64,000 nt of DNA from Clostridiales bacterium (GTDB lineage: Bacteria; Acidobacteriota; Aminicenantia; Aminicenantales; UBA8522). Positions 38,044-48,326 of this stretch are shown one piece after another (within the stretch, counting starts at the first letter, position 1; every line of letters begins with the position of its first letter). Location of the stretch: NCBI GenBank assembly GCA_029907205.1, contig JARYMI010000016.1, positions 959 to 64,958 of the forward strand, in the 5' to 3' direction. The notes below the pieces were generated by a model that was given only the letters and a program-made list of their open reading frames with translations, had not been told where the DNA came from and made no database searches. Position numbers and translations under genes: made by a program.

Positions 38044-39738
38044 ATGATGAGAACGGCAATCGTCGGCCAAGATAAAGAAGACCTCGCCGAAGCCCTCGCG
38101 GATCTTTCTAAAAAAAGGGTTATTGAGCGCATCTGGAAAAAAGACTGGACGGTCTGGAAAAATGAGCCGGAGGAGATAGCCAACCGCATGGGCTGGCTCA
38201 CCTGTCCACAAGAAGCCTGCAAAGCACTTCCCGGGATTGGTCGTTTCGTCCAAGAAGTAAAGCGAGACGGCTACACCAACGCTCTTCTCCTGGGGATGGG
38301 CGGCTCCAGCCTGGCGCCGCTTGTCTTGAGCTCAACCTTTAAAACAAAGCCGGGCTATCTCGACCTCATAGTCCTCGATTCGACCGTGCCAGCCGCAGTC
38401 CTGGGGGTTAGGCGCAGGCTAAACCCAGCCAAGACGTTGTTCATTGTCTCCTCAAAATCGGGCACCACGGTAGAGACAATGTCCCTGTTCAATCTTTTCT
38501 GGAACTGGACAGCCGAATGCCTGGGAAAGGCCAGAACCGGCGAGCATTTCATCGCCATTACTGACGAAGGCACCCCGCTGGCCGAGGAGGCCCGCCGGCT
38601 TCGCTTCCGGTCTCTTTTTTTAGGCGATCCGGAAATCGGGGGCCGCTTCTCGGCTCTCTCCTTGTTTGGGCTTATCCCCGGCTCCCTTAAAGGCATTAAC
38701 ATTCCCCTGATTCTGAAGTCAGCCGGGGAGATGGCTCAAAGATGCCGGCAAACAGCAGACCTTAAGGCCAACCCCGGCGCTTGTCTGGGCGCAGTCTTAG
38801 GGGTCATGGCGAAAAAAGGGAGAGACAAGACTACGTTCTTTCTCTCGCCCAGGCTCGCTTCTCTCGGCGCCTGGCTCGAGCAGCTCATCGCCGAGAGCAC
38901 AGGCAAAGAAGGCAAGGGAATTGTTCCTGTCGAAGGAGAACCTATCGGCCCGAGCGATGTTTATGGGCCTGACCGCTTCTTTATTTCCATCCGGCTGAGA
39001 GGAGATATCTCGAACGAAAACGCTCTGCGACAACTGAAAAGAGCCGGGTTCCCAGCGCTTTCTCTGAATGTCCCTTCGGCCGGCCATCTCGGCGGACAGT
39101 TTTTCCTCTGGGAGTTTGCCACAGCCGTGGCCGGGCACATTCTTGGCATCAACCCCTTCAATCAGCCAGACGTGGACTTGACCAAAAAGAAAACACAGGG
39201 GTTCCTCGAAACCTATCGCAAAAAGGGAATCCTTCCTGAAGAAAAGCTCCGGATTCTGGATGATGGCATCTGTCTGTTTTCAGAGGCCAGGGTTTCAACT
39301 CTAGCCGAAGGGATGAAAAACTTCCTTGGTCAGGCCCGGCCAGGTGATTATATCGGCATCCAGGCTTTTCTCTCTCCCGAGCCCTTGACAACGCTGGCCC
39401 TTCAAAAACTGAGGGCTCTCTTGCGGGAAAAGACCCGTCTGGCCGTGACTCTGGGCTATGGGCCCCGTTTTCTTCACTCCACTGGACAGCTCCACAAGGG
39501 AGACTCAGGAAGAGGCCTTTTTATTCAGATCACATCCCCAGCTTTTGAAGATATCCCCATTCCTGATGGGCCTGGCTCTCTCCGTTCTTCGTTAAGCTTT
39601 GGAGTGCTCTGTGCTTCTCAGGCCAGGGGAGATCATGAAGCCCTCAAGTCTGCCGGCCGCCGCATCATGCGCATTGAGCTGAGCCAAGAGGTGGGCACGG
39701 GACTCACGGCGATTCTTTCAGCCGTTCAAGAAAAATGA
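38044..39738 (+). CDS. pgi: Glucose-6-phosphate isomerase
   Basis: LLGMGGSSLAP phosphate-binding motif and overall PGI SIS-domain pattern. 564 aa. Confidence 0.7.
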   Translation: MMRTAIVGQDKEDLAEALADLSKKRVIERIWKKDWTVWKNEPEEIANRMGWLTCPQEACKALPGIGRFVQEVKRDGYTNALLLGMGGSSLAPLVLSSTFKTKPGYLDLIVLDSTVPAAVLGVRRRLNPAKTLFIVSSKSGTTVETMSLFNLFWNWTAECLGKARTGEHFIAITDEGTPLAEEARRLRFRSLFLGDPEIGGRFSALSLFGLIPGSLKGINIPLILKSAGEMAQRCRQTADLKANPGACLGAVLGVMAKKGRDKTTFFLSPRLASLGAWLEQLIAESTGKEGKGIVPVEGEPIGPSDVYGPDRFFISIRLRGDISNENALRQLKRAGFPALSLNVPSAGHLGGQFFLWEFATAVAGHILGINPFNQPDVDLTKKKTQGFLETYRKKGILPEEKLRILDDGICLFSEARVSTLAEGMKNFLGQARPGDYIGIQAFLSPEPLTTLALQKLRALLREKTRLAVTLGYGPRFLHSTGQLHKGDSGRGLFIQITSPAFEDIPIPDGPGSLRSSLSFGVLCASQARGDHEALKSAGRRIMRIELSQEVGTGLTAILSAVQEK

Positions 39739-39770
39739 AGACGCCTTTGACGCCGGTCTAAGGTCTGATC

Positions 39771-40517
39771 TTAATAAAGCCCAGCGAACAGAAGATCGGC
39801 GTGAAAAAGCTCGCGGGTTTGGCGGCGAGTCTTTAGGTCCACTGTTTGTTTGATGTCGATATAGAACCAGAATTTATCAAAAAGCCTCAGTTTCATAAGA
39901 TAATATCGCGCAAAATCTGTCGCCGAATCGACAAGAATCTTCCCCACTTCTTTCTGCTTATCATCAAAAACAACGATGGAATACTTTTCAGCGCCCCCTG
40001 GCGAGGTTGCCTTCTCCAACTTTCCAAAGACTTTGGCTTTTCCTTTGCCTTCCCATTCTTCGCTCTTATTAAAAGCTGTGATCTTCAGGGCCTGGAAATT
40101 AGCTCGTTCATTAAGGTCAAGATGGTCTTCCAATACGGGCTCTTCTCCCCGTGTAAAAATAGTGCTGTACTGGCCGCCTTCTTTCATCTCGATCGTGTCG
40201 GCGATGAGCACAGAAGGTTCATCCTTGAAGAGCGACCCCTTGACTCTGACTTCTTTCCCAACCAAGTAGCCGGCGTCCTGGCCCTGGATTTTTCCCTGGA
40301 CGACGATGTCAAACCCTTTGGCCGGAGGAAGATAGAAGTATTTCCCAAGCCCGACTTTGACTATCCCTTCAAACTCCGGGACTCCTCCTGTGTCAGCATG
40401 AGGCGTTTTTTGAGCAGCGTGTTCCTGAGCTTCTCGGGCGAGAGCCATTCCGGCTGTGGCCACAAAAAAGACGAGTGCATAAACGGCGAACCTCGAAAGC
40501 TTATCTCTGAAAATCAT
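39771..40517 (-). CDS. Secreted hypothetical protein
   Basis: Signal peptide. 248 aa. No motif recognised. Confidence 0.4.
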   Translation of the reverse strand: MIFRDKLSRFAVYALVFFVATAGMALAREAQEHAAQKTPHADTGGVPEFEGIVKVGLGKYFYLPPAKGFDIVVQGKIQGQDAGYLVGKEVRVKGSLFKDEPSVLIADTIEMKEGGQYSTIFTRGEEPVLEDHLDLNERANFQALKITAFNKSEEWEGKGKAKVFGKLEKATSPGGAEKYSIVVFDDKQKEVGKILVDSATDFARYYLMKLRLFDKFWFYIDIKQTVDLKTRRQTRELFHADLLFAGLY

Positions 40518-40626
40518 CGCTCATACCTCCAATCTTGAATCAGACGGCAGAATTCATCAAAAGAGGATATTTTATACCACCATGGAAGGCAAAAGTAAAG
40601 TAGAAAATTGTCGCAACAGGCCGGGG

Positions 40627-42474
40627 TCAGTTATCTTTCTTGACCACCCTGCCAGAGGATGAACGAGAAGAGGAAGACGTGTTGGGGGCGGACCTTGCCG
40701 GCGCCGGCGAACTGGATGGAGACCGGGAGAAAGACGGCGAGGACCTCGGAGCGCTTCGGGGAGCGGAAAAGGAGGAAGGAGCAGAATAGGACCGGGAGAT
40801 AGAATAGCTGGATTTTGAGGATGAAGAAGGGGAATTTCGCAGAGAAGTGCTTTCCCGCCTCCAGGTGGAGGAGAACGAAGGTGATTGCGGCCTGTCCTCC
40901 CTGGGCCGGTTGCTTCCGAACGATGACACGTCCGGAGAAGACCCCTTGGATAGCCCGGGCCTTGAGATAACGGGGTTTGAAGAGTATGCCTTCGGTTCCA
41001 TCCGGTTTGGAGAAGAAGTTCTGCCTCGCAGAGAAGAAGTTCTCGGCGAAGCGGACGGATATCCTCCCACACTCCGGCTCTCCGAGAGATTCCTCGAAAC
41101 GCTTTTTGTTGATGGCTCAACCCGGCCTGTCCTGGCTGTCGGCCGATCCTTGTCTCCCGCCGGACTCTTGAGGGTTCTCACGACTGAACCCCGGCTTATG
41201 GCGTCCGAAGCCTTACCCGTCAGCCCGGCTTGAGGACGCGAAAAGCTTTTTACTCCGGATGAACCGGCCAGAGAAGAGCGGCTGATGGTCGGTTTGATAT
41301 CAGGCTGCCGCTCCTGAAGCGTTATCTGCCCGAGGCGTGAAGCTTCCACCCGGCTCAGAGCGACATGAGACACATTCGGAGATTGCAACTGGCTCTTGCG
41401 AACGACTGTTAGCGCCCGGGAGTGGGCTGGATAATAAGAATGGTGATAACGGTCATAAAAATAGTTGTTGACGATGACAACCGGCCGATTGTACCAGCTC
41501 AGCGGACACCAGCCGATATAGTCATGCCCCCAATACCAGTGCACCCAGGCAGGACCCCAATGGCGGGTGGGAATCCAGTACCAGCCCAGGCCAAGCCTCC
41601 AATGCCACCTTCCGTAATGATAGACGCACCAGCCCCAGGGCTCATAAGAAACCCAGGTCCATCCAAAAACTGGGTACCAGACCCATCTCCCATAATAATA
41701 GGGCCTCCAGTAGGAATCGACAATATAAGGCACCCAGACATACCCGTAAGGCCTTTCGTACACCCAACGGCCATGAGTGTCGAGCTCATACTCGTACTCA
41801 TCAAGTTCAGAGGGAAGATACCGCCTGGAGGCGTACTGCCTGATCAAGGAATCACGCTCTTCATTCCAGTAGTGGAAGTTATCCCTCAACGAAGACAGGA
41901 GTCTCTGCGTGCCCAACTGCCCGGAGGAAGCGACAAGGCTTTCCCGGCTTCCTACCAACCGGGAGCCGCTCTCGCCAGCGGCTTCAGCCGACCCTTCCAC
42001 CACCGCGATTTCTGTCCCGCCGCCAGGCCGCACATCAAACCGATAGAGCCCCTCTTCAAGAATGTAGAACGATGCATCCGGGGTGTGAACTTCAAAAACC
42101 TTTTCTTCTTCAAGGAAACTGATCCGGAGATAGACATTGCCGTCCAAAAGATGCAGCCGCACGCGGTTGTCTCCTTCTCTCGGCAAGACGGCAAATTCAA
42201 CTTGGGTTCTGTCATCAAGGCGGAGATAGTTCTTTTTGGCAAAATGGACCTCTGCCCGCCCGGCTTGAGTGGCCAGCTTGTCCCCTTCGACAACAACCAG
42301 GTTGACGATGCCCTCCTCCGTGCCCATCTCATTCGCCCTCTCGACAACAACGTCGCCTTTGACAAAAGAAAGGCGGGCAATACCGTACCTGTCGTATCCT
42401 TCTTCATCATCGGCCTGGACGATAAAGGGTAAGAAAAGAACCAGGCCTGCGATGATCATGGCTCTTTTTCTCAT
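40627..42474 (-). CDS. FecR-domain protein with Trp/Tyr-rich repeat segment and about 230-aa Ser/Arg/Pro-rich disordered tail
   Basis: Signal peptide, FecR-like beta domain (VEGSAEAAG...). Then YVWVPY...WGWCVYHYGRWHW aromatic repeats. The tail is dominated by S, R and P. Confidence 0.5.
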   Translation of the reverse strand: MRKRAMIIAGLVLFLPFIVQADDEEGYDRYGIARLSFVKGDVVVERANEMGTEEGIVNLVVVEGDKLATQAGRAEVHFAKKNYLRLDDRTQVEFAVLPREGDNRVRLHLLDGNVYLRISFLEEEKVFEVHTPDASFYILEEGLYRFDVRPGGGTEIAVVEGSAEAAGESGSRLVGSRESLVASSGQLGTQRLLSSLRDNFHYWNEERDSLIRQYASRRYLPSELDEYEYELDTHGRWVYERPYGYVWVPYIVDSYWRPYYYGRWVWYPVFGWTWVSYEPWGWCVYHYGRWHWRLGLGWYWIPTRHWGPAWVHWYWGHDYIGWCPLSWYNRPVVIVNNYFYDRYHHSYYPAHSRALTVVRKSQLQSPNVSHVALSRVEASRLGQITLQERQPDIKPTISRSSLAGSSGVKSFSRPQAGLTGKASDAISRGSVVRTLKSPAGDKDRPTARTGRVEPSTKSVSRNLSESRSVGGYPSASPRTSSLRGRTSSPNRMEPKAYSSNPVISRPGLSKGSSPDVSSFGSNRPREDRPQSPSFSSTWRRESTSLRNSPSSSSKSSYSISRSYSAPSSFSAPRSAPRSSPSFSRSPSSSPAPARSAPNTSSSSRSSSGRVVKKDN

Positions 42475-42639
42475 CTCTTGTCTCCTTCCCGAAACATCTT
42501 AGAGCAAATCTCATGCCAACTGATTTGCCCTGAAGGAACCTGAATGATCGGAGCCGGGTGTCCAGGATAAAGGACACTTGATAATGAAGAGGGTCAAATA
42601 ATGATGGCCGGAAATGAGTGAACGGCCGAAGCCGCTGGA

Positions 42640-42690
42640 TAAGCAAAAAAGAGGGGTTCGATTTCTCAAACCCCTCGTCCGGTTGATTTT
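42640..42690 (-). terminator. Intrinsic terminator downstream of the cpxP/spy-like gene
   Basis: Minus strand: gaggggtttgagaaatcgaacccctc followed by ttttttgc. Confidence 0.55.
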
Positions 42691-42708
42691 TCTTTGTTTA
42701 CTGGAGTT

Positions 42709-43248
42709 TTACCACCACCACCGATCTCTCAGACGAGGGCGTAGTGGACCTCTTCCCCAAAAAGGATGCGGACTCAAGCCAGGCCTGCCGCCGCCTCTGC
42801 CAAAGAAGGCGCCTGGCCTCATTTCTCTCATGTGGGCCATTCGCGCTCTGAGCTTAGCCAGTTTTTCCTGTTGTTCTGGGGTAAAGATTTTTTTTATTTC
42901 AGCCTGGTGTTTAAAAGAGCTCTTTAGCCGCCCGGCTCTCAACTTGAACATCTCGTCGATAAGAGCGTCTATCTTTTTTTCATTGGCCTGGGGGTTCTTT
43001 CTCAGTTCTCTCAGCTCAGTCCGGAATTTTTCCATCTGGTCAAGGAAAGCCTTTCTTTCTTCCTGCCTGGCCTTCCGGAATTCTTCGAGTTTAGCCTTCT
43101 GGTCTGGAGTCAAATCCAGGTATTCCTCCCAAAATGGCCTCAATGTCCGCTCCGGATCCCGGGCTGGTTGGCCCAAAGCCAAAGAGGGGCCGAAAGCGAT
43201 GAGGGCAGCTAACAAAATCAGCCCCAAGAGCACCGATGACTTCTTCAT
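42709..43248 (-). CDS. Spy/CpxP-family periplasmic chaperone-like protein (LTxxQ motif)
   Basis: Signal peptide. Repeated LTPDQKAKLEEF / FTPEQQEKL LTxxQ motifs. Start at MKKSS with a GGAGG RBS. Confidence 0.65.
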   Translation of the reverse strand: MKKSSVLLGLILLAALIAFGPSLALGQPARDPERTLRPFWEEYLDLTPDQKAKLEEFRKARQEERKAFLDQMEKFRTELRELRKNPQANEKKIDALIDEMFKLRAGRLKSSFKHQAEIKKIFTPEQQEKLAKLRARMAHMREMRPGAFFGRGGGRPGLSPHPFWGRGPLRPRLRDRWWW

Positions 43249-43314
43249 GACAAACCTCCTGTCGTTTTCTTCACTATCATTAGACAACGATCTGGGGCAA
43301 ATCTTGGCCCCAGC

Positions 43315-44385
43315 TCAAATTTCTTGCCGGCTGAAGGATTTCGCATCCCAACTGACCAAACCTCGTTGAGACAGGGACGTCAGAAGAGGTTTTATCCCTT
43401 TACCCAGAGACAATATCTCCCGGAGCATTTGTCTTCTGCATCCATCGTCGGCAGGGCCCAGGATCGTCAGTGAGCCCCCCCTCCCGCCAGCGCCGTTAAC
43501 TTTCCAGCCTGATGCCTTGTGCCTTTTGGCCACTTTGATGATGGCATCCGCTTCCCGCGAAATGAGCTGCGGCAGCAACGCTCTCTGGCATTCGTTGTTC
43601 TCAATCATGACTTCGCCGTAAGAATCCAGGTTTCCGGCCAGCAAGCTGGCTTTGGCTCTGGAAGGCAGCTCTTTCATTTTTTCCAGGGTTCTCCGCTCAG
43701 GCCCTCCCCTCTTGAGCCTGGCAATAACCTTCTTGTGGATAGCTGATGAGAGATGAGGCTTCCCCAGGTAGATCAGGCAAAGGCGCCGGTCAAGCTCGTC
43801 CCACATCCGTGCCTGGAGGGAAATTCTTTCCACCCGCGTCTGAGGGTATTCAGGAATGTGGATAAAACAGATGCCTCCGAAAGCAGCGCAAACCTGGTCC
43901 TGAACGCCGCTCTGCATGTTGAGGTCTTCTGTCTCTACCCGATGGGCCAGGGAGGCGATCTTCTGAAGCGAAATTTTTCTGTTGCTGAGGAAGAGCAACC
44001 CACCGAGCAAGGCAACAGAGACCGAGGCAGACGTTCCTGTGGAGATTCCAGCCGGAACGGGCGAAAAGACGCTGATCTCGCACTTGAGGTGGGGCGGAGG
44101 AGGAACCCTGGCGATGATGTGCTGGAGAAGAGGGTGCGGGGAAGAAGGTTGGCTCGGATTGACCCAAAAACTCTGGCCGTAATTTTCTGCGTGGAGGAGA
44201 ACGTTTTTCTTGCTTTTTTCTCTGTTCTCATAGACTTTGATCTGCGCCTCAACCGCAGGCGCCACAGCCAGGTTAAGGACCCATCCGTCCCCGGCAAACC
44301 ATGTGTCTGTCCAGCCGCCGATGTCATTGATGCGGAGCGGAGCCCGACTGCGGATAAGCCTGAGGCAGCGCTCGGCTGTCCTCAT
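43315..44385 (-). CDS. GHMP-family sugar kinase
   Basis: PAGISTGTSASVSVALLGG GHMP ATP-binding motif. 356 aa. Directly upstream of the sugar ABC transporter. Confidence 0.6.
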   Translation of the reverse strand: MRTAERCLRLIRSRAPLRINDIGGWTDTWFAGDGWVLNLAVAPAVEAQIKVYENREKSKKNVLLHAENYGQSFWVNPSQPSSPHPLLQHIIARVPPPPHLKCEISVFSPVPAGISTGTSASVSVALLGGLLFLSNRKISLQKIASLAHRVETEDLNMQSGVQDQVCAAFGGICFIHIPEYPQTRVERISLQARMWDELDRRLCLIYLGKPHLSSAIHKKVIARLKRGGPERRTLEKMKELPSRAKASLLAGNLDSYGEVMIENNECQRALLPQLISREADAIIKVAKRHKASGWKVNGAGGRGGSLTILGPADDGCRRQMLREILSLGKGIKPLLTSLSQRGLVSWDAKSFSRQEI

Positions 44386-44404
44386 TGTTTTTTCTTTCTC
44401 CAGC

Positions 44405-45397
44405 TCAGGTCTCCCGGCGGTAACGGATCTGGTCGAGGCTTACCGCCACGATAATGATAAACCCGATGATGATTTCCTGGATGTAGTTGGGCCAGCCCAT
44501 CATCGTGCTGCCGTTGCGGAGAAAGGCCATGATGAAGACGCCGATCATCGAGCCCAAGATGCTTCCCTGCCCTCCGCTCAGGCTGCCTCCGCCGATGACA
44601 ACCGCCGCAATGATATCAAGCTCAAGGCCCACAGCCACAGTCGGATCACCCACGGTCAGCCTGGAAAACTGCATGACGCCGCTCATCCCGCAAAAAAGCC
44701 CGGCCAAGCCATAGATAATGACCTTCGTCCTCCTGGTCCGGATGCCGCACAACCTGGCCGCCGCCTCATTGGAGCCGATGGCGAAGACGTGGCGCCCGAA
44801 CATTGTGAAGCGCAGGACAACGGCCATGGCCGCTGCCAGAAGAATCATCAGCCATATTCCTGGCGCCATGAGCAGCCAAGGAGGTTGCGGGCTGCGCGCC
44901 ATGAGATCATTGACCCAGGTAATGGGAGCATCGATCTTCTGATTTTCAGCCAGCCATTTGGCGGCGCCCCGGGCAATGCCCAACATGCCCAGAGTGATAA
45001 TAAAAGGCACCAGCCGCAACGAAGTGATCAGGCTTCCATTAATCAGCCCGATCGCGCTTCCTGTCAGCATCCCGCCGAGGACGCCAAGCCACGGCGGCAG
45101 CCCGGCGTTGATGATGAAAGCAACAATACAGCTCGAAAGAGCAATGTTCGAGGCCACCGAAAGGTCAATCCCGCCGCTGATGATCACGAACGTCATGCCC
45201 AGCGCTGCCAGGGCCACGATCACCGATTGCGTGGCCACGCTTTTAAAGTTGCCGGCCCTGAGGAAACGATCCTGGACTTCTGGCACGAGCGAAAAGATGA
45301 GGATGACGAGAAGGAGCCCGAGAAAAGGCGCCACGATGTTGGCCACAAACCTGAATCTGCTGCTGGTCTTCGTTGTTTGATCAGTCATATCCTTCAT
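44405..45397 (-). CDS. Sugar ABC transporter permease (RbsC-like)
   Basis: About 10 TM helices, branched-chain/ribose permease pattern. 330 aa. Confidence 0.75.
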   Translation of the reverse strand: MKDMTDQTTKTSSRFRFVANIVAPFLGLLLVILIFSLVPEVQDRFLRAGNFKSVATQSVIVALAALGMTFVIISGGIDLSVASNIALSSCIVAFIINAGLPPWLGVLGGMLTGSAIGLINGSLITSLRLVPFIITLGMLGIARGAAKWLAENQKIDAPITWVNDLMARSPQPPWLLMAPGIWLMILLAAAMAVVLRFTMFGRHVFAIGSNEAAARLCGIRTRRTKVIIYGLAGLFCGMSGVMQFSRLTVGDPTVAVGLELDIIAAVVIGGGSLSGGQGSILGSMIGVFIMAFLRNGSTMMGWPNYIQEIIIGFIIIVAVSLDQIRYRRET

Positions 45398-45404
45398 CTA
45401 AAAT

Positions 45405-46919
45405 CTAATGCAGGCCGGCCGAGGTCCTGCCCGTGGTTGTGGCCGCGGTGAGGCTTTGCTCATTCCATTCAGACACCGGCCTCACCTCCGCCAACTGTCC
45501 ACGGTAGAAGACGGCGATCCGGTCACAAACGCCCAGGAGTTCAGGCAGGTAAGAGCTCACAAACAGGATGGCCTTCCCCTGAGCAGCTAGCTCGGCCATC
45601 CACTGGTAAACCTGGAGCTTGCTGAGGATATCGATGCCCCGCGTCGGCTCATCCAACAACAGAACCTTGGCCTCTTGATGCAATAGCCGAGCCAGCGCGA
45701 CTTTCTGCTGGTTTCCGCCCGAGAGAGTCAGGATGGACTGGCCCGGACTCTGAGCTTTTATTTTCATCCTCTGAATCCATCTCTCTACCTCTTTGTTGCG
45801 CAGTCCGAGCCGCAGAAATCCGAAGCGGGAATAGGGCGCAAGACGGCTGAGCGTGATGTTGTCCGCAACGGACTGGCCTGGGGATAGACCCTCTCCTTGC
45901 CTGTCTTCGCTCAGGAAGCCGATGCCGTGATCAATTCTCAGCCGGGGCCCCGTCAGGGCAATCTCCTCTTTTCCGATTCTTAGGACTCCTTCATGACAGG
46001 CGTCGAGCCCAAAAAGGGCGCGCAGGAACTCCGTCCTCCCGGAGCCAACGAGGCCCGCCAGGCCGAGTATTTCGCCATGATGGAGAGAGAGGCTGACCTC
46101 GGCTTGCATGCGTTTTCCCCTCAGCCTGAAAGCGGCCAAGGCGACGGGCCCAACCTCATGAGGAAGACGCGGAAACACCTCTCTAACCTTCTTCCCGACC
46201 ATCAGCTGAATGATCCCGTCCAGGGATATTTCCTCCATCTGTCCCGACCCGACATTCTTCCCGTCTCGCAGGACGGAGAACCGATCAGCCACTTGCTGAA
46301 CCTCTTCCAGAAAATGGCTGATATAGACGATGCTGACGCCCTGGCCCTTGAGCTGTTTGATGAGCCTAAAAAGCCGGTGCCTGTCCTCCCCAGAAAGTGA
46401 GCTCGTCGGCTCGTCCATGATGAGGATTTTAGCCTTCTCGAGAAGCGCCCGGGAAATCTCCACAATCTGGCGAGCGGCCACACTCAACCTCCTGACCGGG
46501 ACATCGGGGGCGATCTCAGGATGAGAAACCAGGCGGAGCACCTCACAGGCTTTTTGCCTCATTTTTTTGCGGCGCAGGAAGCCGCAGGCCTTCCACTCCT
46601 GGCCCAACATGATATTCTCCTCAACCGTCATGTGAGGAGCAAGGTTGAGTTCCTGGTAGATGACCGAAATGCCCATCTTTCGGCCTTCGAGGGGGCTGGC
46701 CGGCGAATATTTAGCTCCTTCGAGGTTCATCGTTCCTCTCGTGGGTCTTATGGCTCCGCTCATGATTTTGATGAGAGTGCTCTTGCCAGCGCCGTTTTCT
46801 CCTAACAGGGCATGGACCTCTCCCCTTTTGAGGTCAAAATGGACATCGTCAAGCGCACGGGTGGCGCCAAAAGACTTGCTGATGCCTTTCATGGAGAGCA
46901 GCGGCCGTGTTTGGTTCAT
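45405..46919 (-). CDS. Sugar ABC transporter ATP-binding protein, duplicated ABC domains (RbsA-like)
   Basis: Two Walker A / signature / Walker B sets (GENGAGKST ... LSGGNQQKVALA ...). 504 aa. Confidence 0.85.
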   Translation of the reverse strand: MNQTRPLLSMKGISKSFGATRALDDVHFDLKRGEVHALLGENGAGKSTLIKIMSGAIRPTRGTMNLEGAKYSPASPLEGRKMGISVIYQELNLAPHMTVEENIMLGQEWKACGFLRRKKMRQKACEVLRLVSHPEIAPDVPVRRLSVAARQIVEISRALLEKAKILIMDEPTSSLSGEDRHRLFRLIKQLKGQGVSIVYISHFLEEVQQVADRFSVLRDGKNVGSGQMEEISLDGIIQLMVGKKVREVFPRLPHEVGPVALAAFRLRGKRMQAEVSLSLHHGEILGLAGLVGSGRTEFLRALFGLDACHEGVLRIGKEEIALTGPRLRIDHGIGFLSEDRQGEGLSPGQSVADNITLSRLAPYSRFGFLRLGLRNKEVERWIQRMKIKAQSPGQSILTLSGGNQQKVALARLLHQEAKVLLLDEPTRGIDILSKLQVYQWMAELAAQGKAILFVSSYLPELLGVCDRIAVFYRGQLAEVRPVSEWNEQSLTAATTTGRTSAGLH

Positions 46920-46922
46920 GAT

Positions 46923-47924
46923 TCAAACATCGGGATAGGCGGAAAAATCAGGAAGAAGAAGCGTCTTGATCTCCGGGTCATCCATGTTTTCCCGCGTGAC
47001 GAGATAGACTCCGGTGTCAATAATCGGGTCAATCGGCAGGCCTTTAAGGTGGAGCACCATCTGCTTAACTCCCAAGTATGCCATTTTTACAGGATTCTGG
47101 AGAATGAGCCCGGAGATCTGCCCTTCCCGAAGCGCCTGGACAAGCTTGGGAGAGCTGTCAAACCCGACAAAGACGATCCTCCCGGCGCGTCCGCTCTCTT
47201 GAAGCGCCCGAAGCATTCCGAATGTGCTGGATTCATTGGGACAGAAGATGCCATCGACGTCGGGAAACCGGCCCAAAAGGTTCTCGGCAAGTTGATAAGC
47301 GCTCTCAGTCGTGGCTCCGGCATATTGGTCATGAACAAGCAAAGAAATGGCTGGCGATTCCCGCTTAATCGTCTCGAAGAATCCTTCCTCTCTCTGCGTG
47401 GTCGAAGCAGATCCCACCTGGTAGCGGATGAGGAAGACTTTTCCCTTGCCATCGAGCAATTCAATGATCCTCCGGGCAGCGATCACGCCCCCCTTGTGAT
47501 TGTCCGTCGCCACATAACTGATATAATCGCTGCCTTGAAGACCGGAATCAATGATCACGACGGGGATTTTTTCCCTGACAGCGTCACGGACAGGCCGGCA
47601 GAGAGCTCGATCGTCCAGCGGGGCCAGGACAATCCCGTCGACTCCGCGGCTGATAAAGTCCTCGACAACCGTGATCTGTTGGGCCCGGTCGTCCTCCTTC
47701 TGGGGTCCTTTCCAGATCACCTCAACGCCGAACTCCCGCGCGGCCATCAAAGCTCCCATATGGATGGATTTCCAGAATTCGTGGGTTGTTCCTTTCGGGA
47801 TGACCGCGATCCGGAGTCTTTTGGGCTTCTCTCCGCCGGAAGACTGCTCAGGCTTTCCTTTGCAGCCTGGTTGAAGGATAAGAAAAAGCAGAAGAGTAAA
47901 GGTGAGAATCAAGTTTTGTATCAC
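46923..47924 (-). CDS. Periplasmic sugar-binding lipoprotein (RbsB-like, type I PBP)
   Basis: Signal peptide with lipobox-like LQPGC. Periplasmic binding protein fold pattern. 333 aa. Confidence 0.75.
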   Translation of the reverse strand: MIQNLILTFTLLLFLILQPGCKGKPEQSSGGEKPKRLRIAVIPKGTTHEFWKSIHMGALMAAREFGVEVIWKGPQKEDDRAQQITVVEDFISRGVDGIVLAPLDDRALCRPVRDAVREKIPVVIIDSGLQGSDYISYVATDNHKGGVIAARRIIELLDGKGKVFLIRYQVGSASTTQREEGFFETIKRESPAISLLVHDQYAGATTESAYQLAENLLGRFPDVDGIFCPNESSTFGMLRALQESGRAGRIVFVGFDSSPKLVQALREGQISGLILQNPVKMAYLGVKQMVLHLKGLPIDPIIDTGVYLVTRENMDDPEIKTLLLPDFSAYPDV

Positions 47925-48035
47925 GCTTAGAATATACAGATAAGCAAAAGCTCAGTCAATTTGGAGGGATATTTTAACCAAGAAAACGGGGACGGACCTT
48001 CGCTGAGGACTGTCCCCTAGAACACTGACGAGTTT

Positions 48036-48233
48036 TTAGGCTTTCTTCAGGATGGGCATTCCCGTCTTGGCCGTCTCGATGACTTTGAAGCCGGCCGGGA
48101 CGGAGTCAAGGGCGCCGGGTCTGATGTCGCGAGCGAAATAATAGATGACTTGTTTCCTGCCGCCCTTCAGAGTGACGGTTCGAGAGTGCAGAAAGTACTT
48201 CACCCCTTTTTTGTTGGTGAATTCGTAAGCCAT
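48036..48233 (-). CDS. Small basic hypothetical protein (65 aa)
   Basis: Start at MAYEFTNKKG with a GGAGG RBS. No motif recognised. Confidence 0.35.
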   Translation of the reverse strand: MAYEFTNKKGVKYFLHSRTVTLKGGRKQVIYYFARDIRPGALDSVPAGFKVIETAKTGMPILKKA

Positions 48234-48326
48234 AAATAACCTCCTATGAATCCGCCTTTCCTCGATCTTGACAAAGTATTTATAAAAAAAAAGAACCTCT
48301 GTCAAGCTCAATTTATTTTTTTCTTT

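Noticed and set aside
40572-41233. ORFs antisense or out of frame over the Ser/Arg-rich tail of the FecR-domain gene
   Set aside because: These are low-complexity-driven artefactual frames.
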